A stretch of 64,000 nucleotides of DNA, taken from NCBI GenBank assembly GCA_963843145.1, contig CAWJJC010000020.1, forward strand, positions 256,001-320,000, read 5' to 3'. The stretch's first letter is position 1; every line of letters begins with the position of its first letter. The translations under genes and the position numbers were made by a program. Below the pieces are notes generated by a model. It made no database searches, was not told the origin of the DNA, and saw only the letters and a program-made list of their open reading frames with translations. Origin of the DNA: an uncultured delta proteobacterium. Its GTDB lineage: Bacteria > Desulfobacterota > RBG-13-43-22. Below are positions 19,950 to 27,693 of the stretch, piece after piece.

Positions 19950-20639
19950 ATGGAAATCCTGCGGCTGGAAAAAGCCACTAAAGAGTACCTGCTGAAAGGG
20001 GAAACCATCCGGGTCCTGCGGGCCATTGATCTGGTTCTGGAGGCGGGTGAATTTGTGGCCCTCATGGGGCCCTCGGGAAGCGGGAAAACGACCTTGCTGC
20101 ACCTGATGGGGGGGATCGATCCCCCCACCTCGGGAAAGATCTTTCTGGGCGACCGGGAAATCTCCGGCCTGTCCCCGGGAGAATTATCCCAGGTCCGTTT
20201 GTACCGGTTAGGCTTTATCTTCCAGGCCTATAACCTCCTGCCGGCCATGACCGTCCTGGATAATTGCGCCTACCCGCTGATCCTGCAGGGAATTTCCAGC
20301 GGGGAACGGAGGAGGAGGACCGAGGAGATGCTGGCCAGGGTGGGGATGAGCCACCGTCTCCGGCATCACCCGGAGGACCTCTCCGGGGGAGAGCAGCAGC
20401 GGGTGGCCATTGCCCGGGCCTTGATCACCCGGCCTTTGCTGGTCCTGGCCGATGAACCCACCGCCCACCTGGACGCTGAAACCGGCCGGGAAATCATTGA
20501 GCTCATGCACCGACTCAACCAGGAGGAAGGCACCACTTTTTTATTCGCCACCCACGACCCGGCCCTCATCCGGCAAACCCAGCGTATCCTGCGCCTGCAG
20601 GGGGGCCGTATCGTCGAGAACGAACCTTTAGCCTCTTAG
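19950..20639 (+). CDS. ABC transporter ATP-binding protein (LolD/MacB-like)
   Basis: GPSGSGKTT, GFIFQAYNL, LSGGEQQRVAIARAL, LADEPT, ATHD. Confidence 0.95.
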   Translation: MEILRLEKATKEYLLKGETIRVLRAIDLVLEAGEFVALMGPSGSGKTTLLHLMGGIDPPTSGKIFLGDREISGLSPGELSQVRLYRLGFIFQAYNLLPAMTVLDNCAYPLILQGISSGERRRRTEEMLARVGMSHRLRHHPEDLSGGEQQRVAIARALITRPLLVLADEPTAHLDAETGREIIELMHRLNQEEGTTFLFATHDPALIRQTQRILRLQGGRIVENEPLAS

Positions 20640-20908
20640 TATGAAAATAGAACCCGGCATGCCACTCGGGCATTCATCAATCGAATTAATAATGAACAGT
20701 TGATGATTATTAATTATTAATGTCAAAAACTTAGGCTTATGTCTGCCCCTTTATTTGCTCGAGCAGGCATGCGTTTAGTAAAACAGTCCTGCATAGTGTC
20801 ATTGGGCGGCGATTTGCTCGAAAGGATGTAGCTTTTATGCCGTCATTCTCCTCAATGACCCCATGGGCGGGAATTTTAATTTTCGTGCCGGCATGGGCCT
20901 TAACGTCA

Positions 20909-21060
20909 TTGAACCTGCCGAACTCCCCACATCGAACGATTAATGGGAAGACTGAAAAATCAGAAATAGGTATTACAGACAATTATGAGATCCGTAATAA
21001 TATGGTTCTTCGTCTTTTCCATTCGAGATTCGATGTTGGGCGTTCGATGTTCGATGTTCA
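20909..21060. repeat. Heptamer (CGATGTT)-repeat inverted element
   Basis: CGAACTCCCCACATCGAA near 20920 pairs 16/18 with TTCGATGTTGGGCGTTCG near 21030, followed by tandem TTCGATG units. Confidence 0.55.
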
Positions 21061-21097
21061 TTTTCTTTCTTCGGGGTCCCCGCCCCGGCCACAGGGG

Positions 21098-21580
21098 TTA
21101 TTCTCCGCAAACAGGCGCCTGTTCATGGAAGACCCAGATGCGGGTATTCCAGCCGGGGATATGCTGCGCCCGGCCGTACTTTTGTCGATATTCGGGATTT
21201 TCGGTTAACCCCAGGGCGTGGTTGGAGTACTTCTTGTTATAGTGCCCCAGGTTTTCCAGGGCCAAATAATACCCGCCCCGGCCGTTGGGATGCACCTCGT
21301 AATCCACATTCCAAGCTTCTTCCCATTGAATATACTTCGGACTCAGCCCCGGCGGGGCATGGTTGTCGATCCCGTCCGGCGGGTAGCAGCCGCCATGGTC
21401 CCGGGCATAGGCTTCCAGTGCCTGGCTGATCCGGGCCGCCTGGGAGGCGAATTCCTTAAAAGGGGCCTCCCGGCTTCTGATGGTCTGGACAATGGCCAAG
21501 ACGGTGATAACCACCATCAAGACCCCGATAATCCACCATTCCCCGGAAGACATCCCCAGATACGTTTTTCGAGTTTCCAT
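21098..21580 (-). CDS. Hypothetical protein with N-terminal TM and pseudopilin (GspG-like) segment
   Basis: GMSSGEWWIIGVLMVVITVLAI hydrophobic helix; ISQALEAYARDHGGCYP resembles GspG ALDxYxxDxGxYP. Confidence 0.5.
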   Translation of the reverse strand: METRKTYLGMSSGEWWIIGVLMVVITVLAIVQTIRSREAPFKEFASQAARISQALEAYARDHGGCYPPDGIDNHAPPGLSPKYIQWEEAWNVDYEVHPNGRGGYYLALENLGHYNKKYSNHALGLTENPEYRQKYGRAQHIPGWNTRIWVFHEQAPVCGE

Positions 21581-21589
21581 GGCCCGATG

Positions 21590-21634
21590 ATACTAAACGC
21601 GGATGATTTAAAAAGTCAAGCGGGCTCTTGGCCT
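21590..21634 (-). promoter_or_regulatory. Sigma70-type promoter within a 45-bp duplicated element (copy 1)
   Basis: Minus strand TTGACT-N18-TAGTAT; 42/45 identical to 37310-37354. Confidence 0.6.
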
Positions 21635-22023
21635 CCTTGACCGCGACGTCCTTCCCCGTCAAGAGATTTATTGACACTTTGAATGATTTAAGTAGGATAG
21701 GGTATATCAGTATGGAAATAAACGAAGCCCTGCGACCTAACGCCTTGTCACTCGCCTCCAGGGGCGATTGGGGCTGACTATCTCGAAGGAGACCGAGCCC
21801 TGACCCCACCGTTGAGAGGCCGGCAATCAAAAAAGTCTCCCGCTCCGCGAATTAGACCCCGCCGGAGGCGTGAGTTCTTTTGAAAAATCGGCGTCTCCGC
21901 GATTTTTAAAAAATAAATTCGTCTTTCTCTGCGACCTCGGCGAACTCGAGCGAAGCGGGCGAGAGATAAAAAGCACACCTGTCCTGGTGAAGTACTAACA
22001 GACACCTCGAAAAAGGAGAACCC

Positions 22024-22428
22024 ATGAAACAGAAATCCATCGCGTTGGGCTGGAGCACTTTTTTTTCAACCTTCCTGACGATCCTGCTGGTTACCACTGC
22101 GAATGCGCAAGGAACCGCTCCCGTCGATCAAGTCGCAGTGGCCTTAAGGGCCTATGGTCCAGGCGGCCCGGCACCGGCTATGCGGGAATCGGCCTGGGCC
22201 GGTGATCCCAGCTACGATGCCTGGCTCATCTGGACCATCTGGCAAAAAGAGAATCCCGTTGCCGCCGATCTGATCCCTACTGAGCCGGAGCTTACCATCT
22301 ATCGCTCCTGCGGCGTTGCGATTACCAATCGTTCGAAGCGAAAGGCCCTGGCCAAGGAATTTGCCGATTTCCTGCAATCCGCCGAGGGACAGGAAATTTT
22401 CCTGAAATGGGGCTGGATGAAACCCTAG
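22024..22428 (+). pseudogene. AcfC/Paa-like periplasmic substrate-binding protein with large in-frame internal deletion
   Basis: Signal peptide and LRAYGPGGPAPAM N-terminal motif joined directly to the DAWLIWTIW...IYR...F.DFL.S.EGQ.IF.KWGW C-terminal part; only 134 aa. Confidence 0.65.
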
Positions 22429-22510
22429 ACGGCGCCGCTTCGTTCATTTTTAAGAAAGGGTTCATTGCCATTTTCGTTGGATATATGATTTTGATAAAAG
22501 ATGCGCGGCC

Positions 22511-22708
22511 ATGAGAACTACTTTAGACATAGATGATGGCTTGTTTGAAAGGGCATCCGAATTGACCGGCATCAAGGAAAAAACAACGTTGGTAAAACTG
22601 GGACTGGAAGCCTTGATCGCCAAGGAGAGCGCCAAACGGCTGGCGAAACTCGGCGGAACCGAGAGGCAATTGAAGGCCGTGCCAAGGGGAAGGACAGCAG
22701 TGCATTGA
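22511..22708 (+). CDS. vapB: VapB-family antitoxin
   Basis: MRTTLDIDD.L...A..LTGIKEKT.LV..GLEALI..ESA.RLAKLGGTE. Confidence 0.88.
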   Translation: MRTTLDIDDGLFERASELTGIKEKTTLVKLGLEALIAKESAKRLAKLGGTERQLKAVPRGRTAVH

Positions 22709-22860
22709 ATATGGTTCTGGTTGACACTTCAATCTGGGTCCGTAATTTCTGGGAGGGCGACCCGAATATGGAACGGCTGCGGGATGCCCGAGAAGTGCTT
22801 TGCCACACGTTCATTGTCGGCGAGCCGGCCTGTGACAATCTCAAGAACCCGCAGGAAATC
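22705..22860 (+). pseudogene. vapC: Truncated VapC (PIN) toxin, in frame with the downstream ORF
   Basis: MVLVDTSIWV...VLCH.FIVGE.AC.NLKN..EI, then homology stops after ~52 aa. Confidence 0.75.
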
Positions 22861-23721
22861 ATGAGGATATCCTTAAGTGTCATACTTGCTTTAGCCGTCT
22901 GCACAGTAATTGCATCTGGTCTTCTCGTATCTTGGTGGGTAGCACTGGCGGTAGGCCTTCTGTTTCTTGGATCTGTCGGCTACGTTGAAAAGATATTCAA
23001 TGTGGAAGTTCCAAAAAAACCGAGAATACTGTTCCTGGTCATCTTCGTTTTTCTGTCTCTTGGTAGCTTGATCTATTCTCAGTACAAAGAAAAAGTCGGC
23101 GAGAAAGCGAGTAGAGCTTCAAAGGGCCAGATTGCTGACCTGACAAAGAAGGAGAGCGACTTACGACATAAAATACAGCAGAATGAAGGGGACTTAGAGT
23201 CGGCCAAACGTCAGATTGCCGACTTAACTGAAAAGAACGACCACTTGCAGCAACAATCAAAAGAGGCTCAAGATGCTGCTGCAGTAGCGAAGGCTGAGAC
23301 TAAGGCGTTTGCGGAATACGGGAAAGTAGCGACCTACACCTTTAACGGTCTCCAACAATCAGGGCAATTCCTTTCTCCATTTACGCCGGTCAGTAAGTGG
23401 ACTGAGGGTTACCTCACTGTGAGGAATAATAAGTATTGGTTCAAGTGCACTCCTGATTCAATCCGGCACTACCAGGATTTAATTAATGAAAGTCCCAAGT
23501 TTCCATTTCCATACCTCGCATTGTCCCAATGTCTCCTAAGAATTGGAGATTCTTCGTGGGGAAAATATGCCAGTAAGGCCCAAGCGATATTGAGAAAAAC
23601 AACAAAAATACCACTCCACTCCAAAGACCATGACGGATGGTTGGAGCAAGTAACTAAATTATTAGACCCTGCTCAGATGAAAAACGTCGTTGTGGAAGGG
23701 AAAATTCATAAATCTGAATGA
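22861..23721 (+). CDS. Hypothetical membrane protein (3 TM, coiled coil, helical C-terminal domain), lower GC than flanks
   Basis: Own ATG at 22861 behind AGGA; hydrophobic N-terminus; repeated QIADLT heptads; AT-richer codon usage. Confidence 0.7.
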   Translation: MRISLSVILALAVCTVIASGLLVSWWVALAVGLLFLGSVGYVEKIFNVEVPKKPRILFLVIFVFLSLGSLIYSQYKEKVGEKASRASKGQIADLTKKESDLRHKIQQNEGDLESAKRQIADLTEKNDHLQQQSKEAQDAAAVAKAETKAFAEYGKVATYTFNGLQQSGQFLSPFTPVSKWTEGYLTVRNNKYWFKCTPDSIRHYQDLINESPKFPFPYLALSQCLLRIGDSSWGKYASKAQAILRKTTKIPLHSKDHDGWLEQVTKLLDPAQMKNVVVEGKIHKSE

Positions 23722-24017
23722 TCGGCATAACCATAATTTTTAGGCCATTAGAGGTAGACGGAAGACAGTGACGTGGAGTGAACAGAATAGAGAGCAGAGG
23801 GGAGGGGCAGACCAAACAAAAGAATCGAAATCTATTGGGTCCTGAAACTGCCCTTATTACCCATAAAAAGAAGATTATAAGGGGAGCGGGGATTCCGCGG
23901 ACCAACCGACAATTCCTTCTTGATCATATCCATGGTTGGTCTGGACTGACTCTATTTCTCCAATAGGAACCCAAAACATTATGAAGTCGTTTACCCTAAA
24001 GAAAGGAGGACGTTCCC

Positions 24018-24723
24018 ATGACCGAAACCAGCAGAATGGATAAGACTTTTAACATTATTATGAAAACTTTGGTGGAGACGGGGCAGGCGCCCCACTACAC
24101 GGAGATTGCCGCCGCCTTAGGAGTCTCAACCGAAGAGGGGCGAAAGGCTGTTCAGGAGCTCTTTTCGCTGCCCATGTTCCCCGGATGGCTTTATCCGAAC
24201 ACCGATACCATCACTTCCTTTCCGCCGTTCAATAATCTTCCCACCCAGTACCGCATCACCGTTGACGGCCGGCAGAAATGGTTCGGGCAGTGAGGGTTTG
24301 AATCGCTGGCGGTCTGCTGGCTTTTTCCTGGGAAAACGGTCCGGATCGAGGCGCCCTGTCTGGATTGCGGCTTGCCGATTCGAGTGGAAATGAAGGACGG
24401 GGTTTTGCTCAGCACGGAACCCGAAGGACTGGTCGCCTATACCCCCGTCCCTCTTCGAGAATGGTTCAAAGACATTCCCTATTCCTGAAGCACCATGAAT
24501 CTCTTCCGGTCGGAAGAGGATGTTCGCAACTGGAGCGGTTTCAAGCCCGGCACCGAGGAAGGGATCGTCCCGCTGCCGGATATGGCCCAGGCCTTTTCCG
24601 GGAATTTTTTCCGGAGACGCCTGGACCCGGATTATGTTTCCCACCTGCGCGCAATATATGAAGGAAATGGTCGGTGCCTTACACGGCCGGGGTTCCTTCT
24701 GGCAGATTCCTCCGCGCGCCTAG
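24018..24723 (+). CDS. MerB-like (organomercurial/organometallic lyase) protein with two selenocysteines; apparent +1 frameshift near 24650
   Basis: Frame continues through TGA 24291-24293 (KWFGQ-U-GFESL) and TGA 24486-24488 (PYS-U-STMNLFRS), both at MerB catalytic Cys positions and both followed by SECIS hairpins; N-terminal wHTH-like segment; APCLDCG. Confidence 0.85.
24305..24321 (+). promoter_or_regulatory. Bacterial SECIS element 1
   Basis: UGA + 11 nt + GCUGGCG-GUC-UGCUGGC hairpin containing GGUCUG as in E. coli fdhF SECIS. Confidence 0.8.
24500..24519 (+). promoter_or_regulatory. Bacterial SECIS element 2
   Basis: UGA + 11 nt + UCUCUUCC-GGUC-GGAAGAGG 8-bp hairpin with GGUC loop. Confidence 0.85.
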
Positions 24724-24762
24724 CAGAGGTCGAAACCAACAATCAACCGGAGAGAAAACCAA

Positions 24763-25386
24763 ATGAAGCCGTCTCAAAAGGAATTGCCCAAGTGGGCCGA
24801 TCAAATCCCGGAGGCTTTGTGGATCGACCTGGGTAATCGTTCTCCTCAACAAGCCGCGGAGGCGGTTGGCGCGATCTGGGATGGGACCACCTTCCAAGTC
24901 CCCTTAGTCGGTCGCGATTATACCCTCGATCCCGCTCAGCGACGAATTACAGAGACCCGCCTTCCCGATCAGCCGGTCAGCTTTCAGGCCGGGGTGGTGT
25001 TGCTCACCACCTTGGCCATTTCCAAAGGGGTGCCGCCGAGCGGCCGGATGGTTGTGCCGCAGGAACTTCCCGGCGGCCGGGCGTTCTTTACCGGTGCCCA
25101 TGCGGTAGCTACCGGCCCGTTGGCCAAAGGCTTCGAAGAGGATCCCGCCCGATTGATCGATCGGGCAATGGGATTTGGCGGTGAACGGATCGAGGGGGCC
25201 GACGTTGCGATTCGGGTACCGGGGTTGCCCTATGTCCCTTTATACGTTTTACTGTGGCGGGGCGATCCGGAGTGTCCGGTAAGGGCGGTCATCGGAATTG
25301 ATGCCCGGGCGCATTTCCACCTGGATTTGGGAAGCGTCTTAGCCTTGACCAACTTACTGGCCTATCGTCTTTGTAAAGCTGGCTGA
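24763..25386 (+). CDS. DUF3786 domain protein
   Basis: VPLVGRDY, G......ELPGG..FF, GADVA....GLP.VPL..LLW.GD.E.P, LDL..V pattern. Confidence 0.75.
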   Translation: MKPSQKELPKWADQIPEALWIDLGNRSPQQAAEAVGAIWDGTTFQVPLVGRDYTLDPAQRRITETRLPDQPVSFQAGVVLLTTLAISKGVPPSGRMVVPQELPGGRAFFTGAHAVATGPLAKGFEEDPARLIDRAMGFGGERIEGADVAIRVPGLPYVPLYVLLWRGDPECPVRAVIGIDARAHFHLDLGSVLALTNLLAYRLCKAG

Positions 25387-25411
25387 AAGGCGAATCCGGT
25401 AACATCAATTA

Positions 25412-25537
25412 TGATGACCTCGCAAAAAGTCAAAACACGACTGTCTGCTCGGCGGGGGAGGGCTTCCCCTACCCTAGCCCGGCGTTCTTGGAATGCCGCG
25501 CTTCGGGCTGTTGAGCGGACTTTTTGCGAAACCATCA
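25412..25537. mobile_element. MITE-like element with 20-bp terminal inverted repeats
   Basis: TGATGACCTCGCAAAAAGTC / GACTTTTTGCGAAACCATCA (17/20), ATTA duplicated on both sides. Confidence 0.75.
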
Positions 25538-25614
25538 ATTATGAGTCAACGATCCCTACGTTTTACCCCCTTGGTAACATTTAATATGATGCAATTCCTA
25601 GAAAAACGTCATAT

Positions 25615-25643
25615 TTGACATCGTTTGTAATATAATATACTAT
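25615..25643 (+). promoter_or_regulatory. Sigma70 promoter of the TA operon
   Basis: TTGACA-N17-TACTAT in AT-rich DNA upstream of the antitoxin. Confidence 0.7.
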
Positions 25644-25672
25644 AAATAGTAAATACAAATTGGAGTCATTTT

Positions 25673-25909
25673 ATGAATACCATAACCGTCCGATTGCCGG
25701 ATCATCTCTTTAAGGAATTGGATGACCAATCAAAAAAATTAAAAATTTCAAGGGCTTTTTATGTCCGGAAAGCTTTGGAACACCTGAATCAGGAAATTAA
25801 CGCCCAAAACCGTCGAGAACGATTAAAAAAAGTAAGTCTAAAAGTACGAAGTGAAAGCATGAAAGTGAACGCCGAATTCAGCGAGGTAGAGGAGGCCCCG
25901 GATGCTTAG
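25673..25909 (+). CDS. Ribbon-helix-helix (CopG-type) antitoxin
   Basis: MNTITVRLPD.L..ELD.....L.ISRA..VRKAL; overlaps the toxin start. Confidence 0.85.
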   Translation: MNTITVRLPDHLFKELDDQSKKLKISRAFYVRKALEHLNQEINAQNRRERLKKVSLKVRSESMKVNAEFSEVEEAPDA

Positions 25910-26258
25910 ACGCGGAGAAATCTGGTGGGCCAATCTGAATCCGGGAAGCGGCACTGAACCGGGCAAGATCAGACCCGTCCTGATACTCCAAAACGAAGCG
26001 TTGTTGGAAGCCCGGCATCCCTCAACGATCATCATTCCTTTGACCACGAATCTGGTGGAAGATGCCGAGCCCTTAAGGATCAGAATACCCGCCCAGGGAT
26101 TGTTGGAGAAAGACTCGGACCTGCTGATCGACCAGGCCCGAGCCATAGACAATCAGCGATTAATTAAAGGCCCGCTGCTTCACCTCGATGCCGATTCCCT
26201 CCAAAACGTAGAAAAAGCCGTCATTGAAGTATTGGGAATATCCTCAGCGCCTATTTGA
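25902..26258 (+). CDS. mazF: PemK/MazF-family toxin
   Basis: RRGEIWWANLNP..G.E.GK.RPVLILQN, IIPLTT, DQ.RAID..RL. Confidence 0.9.
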   Translation: MLRRGEIWWANLNPGSGTEPGKIRPVLILQNEALLEARHPSTIIIPLTTNLVEDAEPLRIRIPAQGLLEKDSDLLIDQARAIDNQRLIKGPLLHLDADSLQNVEKAVIEVLGISSAPI

Positions 26259-26394
26259 TCTTGTATTTTTCACGCGTGGCCCAATAAAGGGAGACATCAC
26301 CTGGGTCAGTAAATAATTTATTGAAAGATCCGGTAGACTGTGGCACTTAACTAAACCACAAAAAAAAATAACCGGAAGGATTGAAAACGTCCCC

Positions 26395-27693
26395 TTGTTC
26401 CAAACATCCTCCTATTTCCCCGGACCGATAAGGCTGGTCCGATCTCAAGAAATCCCCCATTTTTGCAATCTGGGGCCCATCTATGAATGGGTGGACCGGC
26501 AGGCTTATCTGATCATCGACCGGGTCAGTTTCCGGGAGCAAAAGGGCGCCCTGCTGGTCTATAACAATCCCCCGGTCCATCAGGTGGCCACCCCGGGCCT
26601 GCACGCCTTTCTGGAGGGGATCGAAGAGGTCGGCCGGCAGGCGGCGGACCTGGAATACCTGATTCTTTACGACTCCAATGACCCCCTGCATGCCGGAGGG
26701 GATCTTAAGGAGAGTTTGCGGAATCTGGAAATATCCCTGGCAAAGAAAAAACTAAAAAAGGCGGCCGGGGCCGCTGCCCGGGAGATCGACGCCTTGTTCG
26801 GCTGGGGCGAGGAGCGCCTGCGAAAAGGGGTGACCCTATATCAAAAAATCCGGGACCTGGCGCAACGGATGCGCGTGCTGGCCGTTTGCGGAGGGGGAAT
26901 GCGCTTCGGCGGGTCGGCGGAAATCCCGCTGATGGCCGATGTCCTCATCGGGGATTCCCGGGGGGGCATGTGTTTCAGCGAGGCCCTGATCGGGATTATT
27001 CCCGGCTGGGGAGGAATTACCCGGGTTCTAATTAAGGCCGGCCCGGCCAACGCGGCCTTTATGTCCATGACGGCCAGGGAAATATCCGCTTCTGACCTGA
27101 AGGAGATCGGGGTTTATAATGAGGTGGTGCCGATCCCCTTTCCTTTCCCCAAGCGGGTCCGAACCTCCGATCCCCAAAACGACAGTAAACAATACCAGGA
27201 GGATCTGGAAGAGGGCAACCAAAGGGCGGGCCGGCTTCTCCTGCCCCGGGCCCTGGAGCTGGCCGTCTGTCCCCCGGCGGAAATCCCCTCTCTGGCTGAC
27301 GATAAAAAGAGAAACCTGGCCACCCTGGAAGAAATAGCCGAGGAAGTGGAACGGCGGGTGGACCCGCTTAATTATGCGCCTGTCTGGAACAGGCCGTTAC
27401 GGGAGGTGAAGGAGGAAATGGGAAAGAATCGGCCGACCCCTGGCCGCCCAATCCCTAACGGCCCTGGAGAAGCTCCTGGCGGAATACGATCCCCATTCCT
27501 TCGTTGAACAGGAATTTGTGAACCAAGGAATTAGAGGCCGATGCGGCCTTATACCGGCATCCGAATTTTCTGGAAGGGCTTAAAGGCCACTCTCGAACAG
27601 CGGGTTCCTGATTTCAGAAGCCCCTTGACCCGGATGGAAGACGATCTGGAAACGACCACCGAAAGAAAGTATAAAATTGGAGAAAAGAAATGA
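26395..27693 (+). CDS. Enoyl-CoA hydratase/isomerase (crotonase) family protein, several frameshifts after ~27425
   Basis: HAGGDLKE, RFGGSAEIPL, FSEALIGIIPGWGG; C-terminus recoverable across frames (IGRPLAAQ...LEADAALYRHPNFLEGL..TLEQRVPDFR) ending in an ATGA overlap with the next gene. Confidence 0.75.

Noticed and set aside
20640-21242. Short ORFs in the AT-rich gap after the ABC ATPase
   Set aside because: They translate repeat or low-complexity DNA; no RBS or protein motifs
21750-21970. Possible ncRNA or repeat (CTCTGCGACCTCGGCGAACTCGAGCGAAGCGGGCGAGAG)
   Set aside because: Looks like an intergenic repeat relic but has no second copy in this window and its boundaries cannot be defined
23722-23800. 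Integron attC site after the low-GC gene
   Set aside because: Only a GCATAAC half-site; no complementary GTTRRRY end and no integrase
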